DNA of 64,000 nt from Candidatus Latescibacterota bacterium (lineage in GTDB: Bacteria; Latescibacterota; UBA2968; UBA8231). The DNA lies in assembly GCA_965248355.1 (NCBI GenBank), contig OZ252098.1, positions 5,056,001 through 5,120,000 on the forward strand. Direction: 5' to 3'. The notes beneath the pieces were generated by a model that worked only from the letters and a program-made list of their open reading frames with translations, searched no databases and had not been told where the DNA came from. This document shows, one piece after another, positions 36,093 to 46,201 of this stretch. Position 1 is the first letter of the stretch. Each line of letters begins with the position of its first letter. Position numbers and translations under genes: made by a program.

Positions 36093-36815
36093 ATGTCCAT
36101 CTATTCGTTGGTTCCGGACGCGACGGCGCTGCTCGAGCTTGAGCCCGAGGAGCTTGCAGGCGTCCTGATGGAGTACCTCAACTCCCTTTCGACCTCCGAA
36201 CAGGAGAACCTAAGCCGGCACAATTTCCTTATGGGTCACATGTTTGATGAGTATCCGCAGGAAGAACGGGCACATTTGAGGCAAGCCCTGATGGAGGCCT
36301 GGGTCTGGCTTGAGCATGAGGGCCTCCTGGTGCCGAAGCCTGGGTCAGATGGGTGGGTGGTCATCTCCCGCCGCGGTCGAAAGTTGAGGACGCGGGATCA
36401 GGTGGATTCCTACCGTCACGCGAACCTGCTTCCACGCCACCAGCTTCATCCGAGAATCGCACAGAAGGTGTGGGCGATGTTTCTCAGGGGCGACTACGAT
36501 ACGGCGGTGTTTCAGGCATTCAAAGAGGTCGAAGTCCGGGTCAGGGAGGCTACACAATGTCCGGACACAGACCTCGGAGTCGACTTGATGCGGAAGGCGT
36601 TCGGAGTTGGCGGTCTTCTGACCGACGCCGCGGCGCCCAAAGGCGAGCAGGAGGCGCTTGCCCACCTATTTGCCGGCGCAATCGGGTCTTACAAGAACCC
36701 CCACAGCCATCGTAGTGTTACCATCGAGCCAGAGGAGGCGGTCGAAATGATCATGCTGGCCAGTCATCTGCTTGGCATTGTGGACAAGCGGTCGTCGAAC
36801 GATCGGTCTGACTAA
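36093..36815 (+). CDS. TIGR02391-family protein
   Basis: LHPRI..GDYDTAVFQAFKEVEVRVR..GVDLMRKAF..LFAGAIGSYKNPHSH. Confidence 0.85.
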   Translation: MSIYSLVPDATALLELEPEELAGVLMEYLNSLSTSEQENLSRHNFLMGHMFDEYPQEERAHLRQALMEAWVWLEHEGLLVPKPGSDGWVVISRRGRKLRTRDQVDSYRHANLLPRHQLHPRIAQKVWAMFLRGDYDTAVFQAFKEVEVRVREATQCPDTDLGVDLMRKAFGVGGLLTDAAAPKGEQEALAHLFAGAIGSYKNPHSHRSVTIEPEEAVEMIMLASHLLGIVDKRSSNDRSD

Positions 36816-36903
36816 ACAAACCGCTGCACTTTGGGGCGCCAAGCCCGCTCGCAGCCGAGCCCGGATCAGGGTCGCCGGCCATCGCCTTGCGAAAGTGGAG
36901 TCC

Positions 36904-37497
36904 TCAGCAGTCGCTTCCAGGTAGGGCGCGCATCACCTTCTCCACCCGGCAGACCTTGGCGGAGTCGACCAGGGCAGCGAGGTCGAATCCGTTCCGTTGC
37001 CGATGCAGCTTCAGCGCTTCGAGAACCACGTCCATGCCGATCTTGTTGCGGAACTTGAAGCAGTCGGCCAGGGTCTTCTCGCGGCTGTAGACCTTGACGG
37101 AGGCACCATCGATGGGATGGGTTTCGATGCCCTGCCGGTAGGCCTCCTTCGAGAATCTGTGGGCTCGGAGCGGGGGATGGTCGAGGGACGGCATGCGCGA
37201 GTCCCGTGGGACCGCAACGGAAACCTCGTGGGGGATCTGCGTCGTGATGCCGTGGTAGGCGAGCGCCGAGACGAGACAGACGACGGCGTTGGGAAAACGC
37301 AGGCTCACCGTGACCAGGTCCGGGTTGCCGACCGGCGGCAGTTCCACGAGCCGATAAACGCCCCGGCTGATCGGCTCGATGACGCCCCTGTCCCTGAGCG
37401 CATAGAGCCTGTAGCGCGAGATCCCGTGGCCGAGGGCCTGGCTCATGCGTAGCTGGCCACCGTGCTGGCGGAAGACCTCTTCTGGATGCACTGGCAT
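36904..37497 (-). CDS. Type IV TA AbiEi-family antitoxin/transcriptional regulator (C-terminal extra base; no AbiEii downstream)
   Basis: SRGVYRL wHTH, CLVSALAYHGITTQIP, YSREKTLADCFKFRNKIG. Confidence 0.85.
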   Translation of the reverse strand: MPVHPEEVFRQHGGQLRMSQALGHGISRYRLYALRDRGVIEPISRGVYRLVELPPVGNPDLVTVSLRFPNAVVCLVSALAYHGITTQIPHEVSVAVPRDSRMPSLDHPPLRAHRFSKEAYRQGIETHPIDGASVKVYSREKTLADCFKFRNKIGMDVVLEALKLHRQRNGFDLAALVDSAKVCRVEKVMRALPGSDC

Positions 37498-37508
37498 TCG
37501 AGCCCCAG

Positions 37509-37548
37509 ACAAAATGGAACCATTTGACAACTAATAGCGCCATTTTGT
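37509..37548. promoter_or_regulatory. Inverted repeat upstream of abiEi, candidate autoregulatory operator
   Basis: ACAAAATGG (37509-37517) / CCATTTTGT (37540-37548). Confidence 0.55.
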
Positions 37549-37564
37549 TCGGCGCCTTGGCGAG

Positions 37565-38360
37565 TCACTCGGGCCCACGCCCTCTCCCAATCACCTCAAT
37601 CAACCTCCGACAGATGGAGGTCTGAATCAGTTGGTCTCTGCACCCCTCGTCAGCAAAGAGCTCTCGCAAGAGGTACTCGGCCCACTCGTGCTTCGCTGTC
37701 CTGAAGTCCCCCCGTATACGCCGGAACGCGGGTGGCGTCGGCCGGACCGCTCTTGCCGCGCTCAGCGCCGGCTGAATCACACGCCGATCGATCTCACCGT
37801 GCTCTGACCATGGCGGCCAATCACGAATCCCCCTTCCTTCGACTCCGAGGGCCCGTCTGACGCCCGCCTCGCATGACATCAGGACCGCTTCGAACATCGG
37901 TTCCATGCAAACGGTCAGGACCGAATTCGGCTTCGCATCAAGTGGACCGACACGGGCGCTGGGACTCGGGCGCGCCCGAAGCTCCGCGTAACGTGAGGCC
38001 GCATTGTCCCGCCAATTTTCCGGGAGCACGTCGCTCCTCGACAGGTGCCGGTAGAGATTCAGGCATTCCTTCCACCGGCAGGCATTCGCAGCCGGGTCCC
38101 AAGGCGACATCAATGCCGTCACCCTCGATCTCCCGAAGGATCAGTTCGTCGAGACCTACCGACGCACCACTCATGGCCGGGGAATTCGGGTCCATCGCGA
38201 CAAGGGCCCGCTTATCGATCGGAACGACCCCGGCGATGGGCAGCAACTCCAACTCGCGAACCAGGAGTTCGCGCCAAAGCTTGGCGAACGGATCACCATG
38301 CCGCGTCCGTTGCCCCAGGCTACCTTCCGCGAAGAGCACGATCTTCTGCGGTGGCGTCAC
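37565..38360 (-). pseudogene. TOPRIM/DUF4276-like partner of the ABC-ATPase, frameshift near 38100
   Basis: Starts 1 bp after the ATPase stop; IVLFAEG, ..WD.., MEPMFEAVL acidic motifs across ORFs 37938-38360 and 37565-38122. Confidence 0.5.
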
Positions 38361-38361
38361 C

Positions 38362-41054
38362 CTACTCGCGGTTGCCTTCCGCGACGTAGATGGAACCCGG
38401 TGGCACCCGGCCCTGATATCGCTTGACGGCTTCCCGGTCGGCGAAGCGCGAGTACTTCGTCTCGCCTTCCGAGCGGGTCACTTCCAGAATGTCCTGGACG
38501 CGGACGCTGTCCAGCAACCACGGGGAATGGGTTGTGACAATCACCTGGACGCCACGGTCTGCAGCGGACTGAAGCTGTTCCAGAACTGCGATCACCGTCC
38601 AAGGATCGAGCCCGTTCTCGATCTCCTCGATGCAGAGAAGGGAAGGCGGAGGGTTCCGTTGCAAGAGAGCGAGAATCGCTGTGATCCTTCGCGTGCCTTC
38701 GGATAACATCCACGCAGGCACGGGTAACTGGTACCTGCCGGCCCGCCGGCATTGTCCCGATCTTAGTTGAAATAACACAGGCTCCCATCGTTACGTTTGA
38801 TACGAGAAATCGCCAAGAAGCCTCGTATTCGGTAACCCAAGGAGCCTGCCATGAGCAAGCTACAAGCACGGAAAAGGGGCGTCAAACGGACCGTGACCAT
38901 CGGCCCCGTGAACCGCCAAGCCACCGCGTCGATGGACGATCTGGAGACTCGCATCGAGATCATCCAGCTGCTGATCCCCCTGGGGCTGCAGGCGGTTGGG
39001 GAGGAGCTGCGACGGGGCGTGGAGGCCCTGGCCGGACCTCGGTATCAGCGCAAGGGGCCGGATCAGCCGTTGCGCCGCTGGGGAGCGCAGGCCGGGTCGG
39101 TGTACCTGGGCGATCAGAAACTGCCGGTCGAGGTGCCGCGCGTGCGCGATGTGGTCCGCGGCACCGAGGTCCCGCTGGAGGCCTACCAGGCCCTGCAGAC
39201 GCCGAGGCAGATGGATCAGGGGCTGTTGTTGCGGGTGCTGAAGGGCCTGGCCACGCGCAACTACGAGGCCTGCGCCGAGACCGTCCCGCAAGCCTTCGGT
39301 CTGTCCCGTTCCTCGGTCTCTCGCCGGTATGTGAAAGGCACGGCGCGCAAGCTGGCCGAATTCCAGCAGCGATCCCTGGAAGGCTACGACCTGGTGGCGC
39401 TGTTTCTGGACGGCAAGAGCTTTGCCGACGAGGAAATCCTCATCGCCCTGGGTGTGACTCTGGAGGGCCAGAAGGTGCCCTTGGGCTTCGTGCAGGCGGC
39501 CACCGAGAACGAGCGCGTCTGTCGCCGCTTCCTGGCGGAGCTGGTCGAGCGGGGCCTGCAATACGAAGCCGGGCTGCTCGTGGTGATCGATGGAGGCAAG
39601 GGCCTGTACAAGGCGGTGCGGTCGGTGCTTCAAGGCCATGCCTGCGTGCAGCGATGCCAGTATCACAAGCGCCAGAACGTGGTCTCGTACCTGCCCAAGA
39701 GCGAGCAGGCCGGCCTTCGTCGAAAGCTGGAAGCGGCGTATGGGCACTCGACGTACGAGGAGGCCCAAGCCGCCCTGGAGGCGCTGAAACCGGGGTTGCA
39801 GTTGATGAACCAGTCGGCCCTGCGCAGCTTGGAGGAAGGCCAGCAAGAAACCCTCACGCTCCACCGCCTGGGCCTGATGCCGATGCTGAAGGCCTCCTTC
39901 CGTACCACCAACTGTATCGAGAACGTCAACAGTCTCCTGGAGCAGTTGACGCACAACGTGCGGCGCTGGACCAACTCGTCGCAGCGTCACCGCTGGGTCG
40001 CCACGGCGTTGCTTGACATCGAACCTCGCCTCCGCCGGGTCAACGGCTACCACCACCTGCCGATGCTCCGGCAAGCGCTCCAAGCCGAGCTCGGCATCCA
40101 GCAGCTCGCGATGACGGGCTGACTCATCCACTCGAGCCTGGGCTACGTTTCAACTGAAAATGGGACTTGCCCGGCCCGCCCTCGACAGGGCATTCGCTCC
40201 TTGAGCGAATAGAAGACTCGTTCGTCCCGTCCGGTGGTCTGCTGCGATACCTCGACCTCCCGGATGTCGGGCAGGATGCGTCTTATGGCGAGGATCAGGT
40301 CCGTGGTCTGGTCTTTGTCGAGTTCGTTCAGGAGAGCGGGCAGGTTCTGGCCCTCTTCGTCCAACAGCGGCTCAAAAGAGCGGCGCCGTGCCGGCGACCC
40401 TAGTGACAAGCGGTTTGGACTCAGACGCAGGAAAACGGCTCTGTCCCAGAAGTCTTGAAGGCGCGCCAGGAAACCTGCGGGGGAAGATTCCTGGTCGACA
40501 TGTTCGTGGACGGACGCACCCACCCGCGCCAGAGCCAGCCGGTCCGGCTCGGTGAACAACGCACCCGGTTCGCCCGCGCCGGAGTGATCGAGACCCACCG
40601 CGCGGTGTCCGGTGTCGTTGACAGACCAAACGACATCGATCGGGTCATGCCCGTCTTTCGTCACGGTGAGCGCCTCGCTCATGACGGCGGGGGTCGCTCC
40701 ATCTTCAGAAGATTCGCGCACCTTGAGTGCGTAGAACACCGAAGTCTCGGCCGCCGGCTCGCGCCAGGACAGGTTGATGCGGAAGTAGGGGATCTTTGTC
40801 TGAGAGCGGAGATTGATCACGTCGTGGATGCCGTGGTACCGTTCCGACGCCGTCCTCGCGTCCTGCCGTATCGTGCCGTCGAGCCACTGGAGTGCTTCCA
40901 GCAGGGTGCTCTTCCCTGTCCCGTTACGTCCGATGACCACATTGAACCGACCCAGTTGGATGGGATCGGGGCGGAAGGCCGCCTTGAAGCGCTCGAGGCG
41001 CACCTCCACCAACGAGAGGACCGACTGAGGCTGGGATTCTGATGGAGACATCAT
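38362..41054 (-). pseudogene. AAA_21/ABC-type ATPase interrupted by IS256
   Basis: GRNGTGKST in 40172-41054; LSEGTRR, LLCIEEIENGLDP, IVTTHSP in 38362-38747; removing IS + one TSD restores the frame (PCRGRAGRY). Confidence 0.9.
38748..40171 (+). mobile_element. IS256-family element, copy 1 (transposase 38851-40122)
   Basis: DDE transposase (FLDGK, VIDGGKGL, QRCQYHK, TTNCIE); IRs GGCATTGTCCC..AGTTGAAA / GGCAAGTCCC..AGTTGAAA; 9-bp TSD CGGCCCGCC. Confidence 0.95.
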
Positions 41055-41061
41055 ATTAGTC

Positions 41062-41426
41062 TGGTGGAGGCGGCGGGAATCGAACCCGCGTCCGAAAGTG
41101 AGTCTTTCGAGACCACTACGTGCGTAGTCGATCTACTCTGTTGCCGTCTCGTCCACACCGGTTCCGATCGACAGGATCCGGATAGGACCAGTCCCGAAGG
41201 TTTCGCCGGCGGTGCAGGGACGGGCACCGCCGACTAGCCTGCTGTAATGTCGCCGGGGCCGGCGGCGCAGGCTCCACCGGTCCCGACGGGCTACCTGATT
41301 GCTCAGGCGGCCAACGCGTACGAGTTATCGTTGGCGTTTGAAGAGTTCCCGAGGATTAGCGAGGTTGTCGGGGACCTCGGCACGCGCTCTCGAATTCTCC
41401 ACCCCCGTCGAAGCCAAGTCGCCCCC
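41062..41426 (-). ncRNA. ssrA: tmRNA; tag peptide ANDNSYALAA (41303-41335)
   Basis: 5' GGGGGCGACTTGGCTTCGAC; 3' GACGCGGGTTCGATTCCCGCCGCCTCCACCA; internal tag ORF ending ALAA-stop. Confidence 0.97.
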
Positions 41427-41497
41427 ACGAAGCCGGATACATCCGTTCACTGCGGCGAATGTACCCGGCATCCGTTTCCTGTCAACGGGCGGGTCCG

Positions 41498-43084
41498 TCA
41501 CGCCTTCTCCCGGTAGCCGATGTCGAGGCGAACCTCCTTGAGCAGCACCGTCCGCCTCGGGGAGTCCGGCCCTCGGATCAGCCGGATGCGCAGCCGGTTC
41601 TTCCCGCGGCGCGGCGGGGGCGTCCCGGCCTCCAGCTCGATCAGGGTGCCGTCCTCGGTGATGGAGCTGATCTTCCTCTCCAAGGGCGCGCCGGCGAAGA
41701 CCGCTGCCGGCCAGCCGTCGTGGGAGACGCGGCGCTCCTGCCATGGCAGCAGTCGCCCGTTCCACTCGACCTCCAGCTCGTCGCCCTCGGACAGCCCCTC
41801 CAGCCCGAGGCCGAGCACGCAACGGTCCAGCTCGCCGGCCGCGGCGTCCGCCTCCGCGTCGTCGGCGATCTCCAGGGTCAGCTGACAGCCGCCGCCGGGC
41901 CGGGTCTCCTCCAGGAAGACGGGCAGGGAGACCAGGGGGTGGGCGTGGTTGAAGGCGCCGCCGTGCGCCTCCTTGCCGCCCAGGCAGTGGTCGAGCCCGT
42001 AGCGCTTGTCGCGGCGCGAAAGCCCCTCGCGGTCGGCGAGCTCGCCGAGGACCCGCTGCTTCCACTCCCGCGGCGCGCTGTAGTAGTTGAACAGGTAGAG
42101 ACCGTCCACGCCGGCGTCCCACCAGCGCGCCGCCAGGGCCCGCAGGGCCGCCTCGTCGACGCAGGGGCGCAGGGCCTCGAGGCTGCCGTAGACGCGGCAG
42201 TCCGAGCCTTCGGCGGCGGCGACGAACTCGTGGATGGGCATCTCGAAGGGGGTGAACCCGCCCCCGGCCGCCACCGCGTCCACGAGGCCCTCGCCGATCC
42301 AGCGCTCCACGTCCAGGCCGAGGCGCCGGGAGTCGGCCAGGGTCGGGGGCACGCGCACCAGCAGCTCCAGCCGCCGGCCCCGCCGGGACGACTCGGCCTC
42401 GAGGCGCTGGCGGACGCGGCCCAGGAAGTCGGTCATCAGGTAGCCGCAGGCCAGCCCCTCCTCGACCCGGAAGAAGGCCGGATGGCGCATGTAGTCCAGC
42501 TCGACGCCGTCCACGTCGAAGCGCTCGAACAACTCGCAGACGATGGCCTCCATGTGCTCGCGCACCACCGGGAACTTGTAGTCGATGCCGCGGTGGATGG
42601 CGTGCTCCACGCTCGGGGCGGGGATGTACTCGTCGGGCCGGCCGATGAGGCAGTCGGCGTGGCGCCGGCGGAACTCGCCGAATCCAGGCGACGCGTACTC
42701 GGCGACGTAGTGGCTGTTCATGCGCACCGAGGCCAGCAGCCCCACCCCCGCCTCGTGGAACTGGCGGGTGATCTCGGTCAGGGGACCTCCGGCGGCCTCG
42801 ATGAGCCGCTCGCGGTTGGCCTTGCGCACCGCGTCCGGCCCCTCCAGGTGGTCCCAGCCCTCCCCGAAGCGCTCGCCCACGTCGGTCTCGTGGTTGTAGA
42901 CCTCGCGGTTGCCCACGCACCAGCTCACGGCGTCGACGGGAGAGCCCTCGTAGGTGCCGACCATGTGCTCCTGGATCGCCTCGGGCGTGGCCTCCACGTC
43001 GCCGTTGGAGACCAGCCAGCCGTCGTCGTTGCTGATCATGCGGGGGCCTTGCGCGGCGCCCTCCGATCTTCGATGGTCCGTCAT
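41498..43084 (-). CDS. Glycoside-hydrolase-like TIM-barrel protein (GHL10/DUF187-like)
   Basis: NDDG, ASVRMN, DYK.P.VR, DVDGVELDYMRHP, DGLYLFNY. Confidence 0.6.
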   Translation of the reverse strand: MTDHRRSEGAAQGPRMISNDDGWLVSNGDVEATPEAIQEHMVGTYEGSPVDAVSWCVGNREVYNHETDVGERFGEGWDHLEGPDAVRKANRERLIEAAGGPLTEITRQFHEAGVGLLASVRMNSHYVAEYASPGFGEFRRRHADCLIGRPDEYIPAPSVEHAIHRGIDYKFPVVREHMEAIVCELFERFDVDGVELDYMRHPAFFRVEEGLACGYLMTDFLGRVRQRLEAESSRRGRRLELLVRVPPTLADSRRLGLDVERWIGEGLVDAVAAGGGFTPFEMPIHEFVAAAEGSDCRVYGSLEALRPCVDEAALRALAARWWDAGVDGLYLFNYYSAPREWKQRVLGELADREGLSRRDKRYGLDHCLGGKEAHGGAFNHAHPLVSLPVFLEETRPGGGCQLTLEIADDAEADAAAGELDRCVLGLGLEGLSEGDELEVEWNGRLLPWQERRVSHDGWPAAVFAGAPLERKISSITEDGTLIELEAGTPPPRRGKNRLRIRLIRGPDSPRRTVLLKEVRLDIGYREKA

Positions 43085-43116
43085 GTCGCTCCTCCCCGAT
43101 ATCGCGGGAACCGCTC

Positions 43117-43530
43117 ATGAATCTCAGATACGGCCTTCTGGCCGACTCGGTGGCCCCGGGGCCGCAGGGCAAGAAGAACATCATCGGGACCTTCCAGGCG
43201 ATTCACGCCGGGAAGTTCCCCTGCCTCCACCCCAGTCTCTCCCTGCTCATCCGGATCGAGGGAGACGCTTCGGAGACAGGTTCGCACGAGATCGAGCTGC
43301 TCTTCGTCGACGCCGACTTCAAGGCCGTCGGAAAACCGGTGAAGGCGGAGTTCCGGCTCGACAAGGCGAGCCTGCTCCAGGGCCAGCCCCCCTTCGCCGA
43401 GGCGGTCATGAACATCCAGAACCTGCCCCTGCCCAAGGCGGGACCGTACGAGTTCGTCGTCAGGGTGGACGGGCGCCACCTGGGCGGCATACCCCTGCAC
43501 GCGCTGGAGCTGAAGCAGCCGGCGCCGTGA
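43117..43530 (+). CDS. Small beta-sandwich hypothetical protein (DUF6941-like)
   Basis: LLAD..GKKNIIGTF..FP..GPYEFVVRVDG. Confidence 0.6.
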   Translation: MNLRYGLLADSVAPGPQGKKNIIGTFQAIHAGKFPCLHPSLSLLIRIEGDASETGSHEIELLFVDADFKAVGKPVKAEFRLDKASLLQGQPPFAEAVMNIQNLPLPKAGPYEFVVRVDGRHLGGIPLHALELKQPAP

Positions 43531-43789
43531 GGGGGCGAGGGCGGACCACCCGCTCAGGCGTTCACCGGTAGAGCACCTCGTCATGCCGGGCGGCAGCATC
43601 CCCCGTTTCCGAAGCACCAACGGCCTCCTGCAGGCGCTCTCGGAGCTGATTGGCGCTGATGAGCTCTGGCATCGTGACGGTCCCTCCAGTTCCGACTCAA
43701 GATAGTCTTCTCCGAGGAAGTGACCTCACAAAAGGTCTCATGAGCAACGGCAGCTTGGCCCCGGAACTGGTGCCACTCGCGGGCTTGTG

Positions 43790-44338
43790 GCTTCAATGGG
43801 GCCGGGGCAGCTTCGCCCCGGAAATTCCCCAACCCCTGGAGGTGCCACGTAAAGGCCGCCCGCTTCAATGAGGCCGGGGCAGCTTCGCCCCGGAAATACT
43901 CCCTCCGAGTGTAAGGTTTTGCTTGTGCGGCCTGGCTTCAATGAGGCCGGGGCAGCTTCGCCCCGGAAATAGGATCTCGAGGATGCCTTCCTTCGACAGG
44001 CGCGACCAGCTTCAATGAGGCCGGGGCAGCTTCGCCCCGGAAATACGGTCGACAGACGCGCGCAAGAGGGGCTGTCTCCGACGCTTCAATGAGGCCGGGG
44101 CAGCTTCGCCCCGGAAATCGGCGGAATTGCCGGCGGTTGCTTCCTGCACGTCGGACAGCTTCAATGAGGCCGGGGCAGCTTCGCCCCGGAAATGAAGATC
44201 GGCGTTGAGGTTGCCTACCACGCCGCTCGAGCTTCAATGAGGCCGGGGCAGCTTCGCCCCGGAAATGCGGTGGTCAATGACGCGAGGTTCGCGCTGTACG
44301 AGGCTTCAATGAGGCCGGGGCAGCTTCGCCCCGGAAAT
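43790..44338 (-). CRISPR. CRISPR array: 8 x 36-bp repeats, 7 spacers of 36-39 bp; degenerate terminal repeat at ~43734-43768
   Basis: GCTTCAATGAGGCCGGGGCAGCTTCGCCCCGGAAAT at 43790 (1 mismatch), 43862, 43935, 44009, 44083, 44158, 44231, 44303; minus-strand form ends ATTGAAGC; leader towards cas2. Confidence 0.98.
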
Positions 44339-44544
44339 GGCTCCGTGGTAACTCCTTGTGCCGTAGAGAGTTGCCAGACGTATTGCGAGCGCTCCACTTC
44401 GTGCTCTCGGAATTCAGATCGTTGGCCAAAGGCATCGCATTCACTCGTCCTATCTCGTTGCAGCCCAATGAGGAAGCGCAATGCGAGGGCTGCCGCTGAA
44501 TCCGTCTCTCACCGGAGTGCTCGCAGAGGGCCCGGCAATGTTCC
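44339..44544 (-). promoter_or_regulatory. CRISPR leader
   Basis: Non-coding, less GC-rich stretch between cas2 stop and first repeat. Confidence 0.6.
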
Positions 44545-44838
44545 TCAGACGATTGTGGCCCGCCGGACCGGCGCTGCATAGCTCTTGCCCAGACTCTCCA
44601 CGAGAGGATCGACCTTGTCCGCGGGCCCCAGGTCCACGATCAGGACGTGATCCTCGGCCGGCGCGATCAGGTCATCCAGCCGGGCGGCCATCTCGGCGCG
44701 GCGCCGGGCCGTCAGCCGGCACTGGAAGACCGACAACTGCACCCAGTGTCCATAGCCTTTCATCGTCTTGAACACGTGGCGCCAGCGTTTCGGTTGGGAT
44801 ATGTCGTAGGCGACGATGTAGAGGCGCTCCGTGGCCAT
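44545..44838 (-). CDS. cas2: CRISPR-associated endonuclease Cas2
   Basis: YIVAYDIS..RWRHVFKTMKGYG..VQLSVFQC. Confidence 0.95.
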   Translation of the reverse strand: MATERLYIVAYDISQPKRWRHVFKTMKGYGHWVQLSVFQCRLTARRRAEMAARLDDLIAPAEDHVLIVDLGPADKVDPLVESLGKSYAAPVRRATIV

Positions 44839-44843
44839 GTCGG

Positions 44844-46201
44844 CTACCGGGGAAGATAGTGCGGATAGGGGACGATCTCGCCCTGCAGGTGGCGCGCGAG
44901 CAACCGGGCCTGCACCTCGATGAGCCGGCGCATGGAGACGCGGTATCCGAAGAGGGGGTGGGTGGTCTCCTGCTCCATCCGGCGCTCGAAGGCCGCGATG
45001 AAAGCCTTGCGGCCATTGGGCTTGAAGGAACACGCCGAGCCGTTGAACACAAAGTCGCCCGGCTTGATCTCCCCAGCGCCGCGTTTACCGGATCGGTGGG
45101 CGGGCGCCGGTTGCGCCCTTCGAAGGAAAACCCGCCCAGGTCCTCTTTCGCACCCGTGGCGAGCATGTTCTCGAAGACGCCGAAATAGACCGCCGCAGCC
45201 TCCCCCTCCAGGCCCAGCAGTTGCTGGTCGTTTTCTGCGCGGGGCACTCGCCGGGCGACCCCCTTCAGCCGCACCAGGGTTTCGGTCTTCTCCGCCGAGT
45301 CGCCGTCGACGCGCCAGTTGCGGCGCAACAGGGTGCGGGCATTGCGCACCTTGGCGGCCACTAGGTCTCGGGCAAAGACCAGCCTGCGGCGCTTGTCGAA
45401 GGCGGCTTGGTACTGCGCCTCGCGCACGGCCACGTTGCCATGGCCGGTCCCGGTGGTGTGACCGAGGAACCAACCGCCCGTGGAGAACCACGACACCGGA
45501 ATCTCGGCGCGCATGAGGGCGTGCAGGGCCGGCGTTGTCACCGAGACGGGACCGAAGAGGGATACCTGGGAGACATCGATCAGCGGCACTTCCACGGTCT
45601 CCCCTTCGGTCTCCACCATCAGGCGGTCGCCGCTCTTTCGCAGCCGCGCTCCCGGTGTCTGGACGTAGAGGGGAAGAGCCGGATCGTCGGAGGGGTTCAG
45701 GGGCCGCGGGGAAGATCCCTTGCGGAACAGGTTGGTCTCGTCGGGCAGGCAGATCCCGGCCAGCGAACAGCGCGGGCACTTGGGGCTGTCCTCGAGCGGC
45801 GGCGGCCGGCGGCCCGAGGCCGCGCTGGAGCGCAGGCCCGTGATCGCCTCCAGGGTCCGGGCGCGCAGCTCCTCGTCCAGGACGATCCCCACCCGCTCGC
45901 GCGAGCCCACGTACCAGAGGGCCGCCTGCTCGACCTTGTAGCCATTGTCCTCCAGGATCATGGCCTGGACGCAGAGCTGGACGCGCTCGGGCTCGTAGGC
46001 GCCGCCGGCGACGTGGGGCCGCTTGCCCTTCTTGAAGTCCACGGGCATGGCCATGCCGTCGCCGGTCTCCACCACGTCCATCTTGGCGATCAGACGCGGG
46101 CAGTAGACCCACTCGTTGACCATGCGGGCCGGGACGAGCGGCGTGTCGGCGTCGGCCGGCGGCGGGGGGAGGGGGAGGGAGAGCTGGCGGGGCTGGGTCA
46201 T
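44844..46201 (-). pseudogene. cas1: Cas4-Cas1 fusion with two internal deletions
   Basis: Cas4: YCPR, DFKKG, CPRCSL..IC; Cas1: LLGLEGEAA, RNRRPPTDPVNA, ETTHPLFGY; segments missing at ~46092 and ~45073 (frame change). Confidence 0.88.

Noticed and set aside
41062..41100. tRNA gene
   Set aside because: The T-arm/CCA belongs to the tRNA-like domain of tmRNA
43769..43789. Short trailer spacer sharing GGTGCCAC and GCTTGTG with spacers 1 and 2
   Set aside because: 7-8 nt matches are too short to support a rearrangement
43581..44581. Short ORFs overlapping the CRISPR array
   Set aside because: Translations of repeats and spacers
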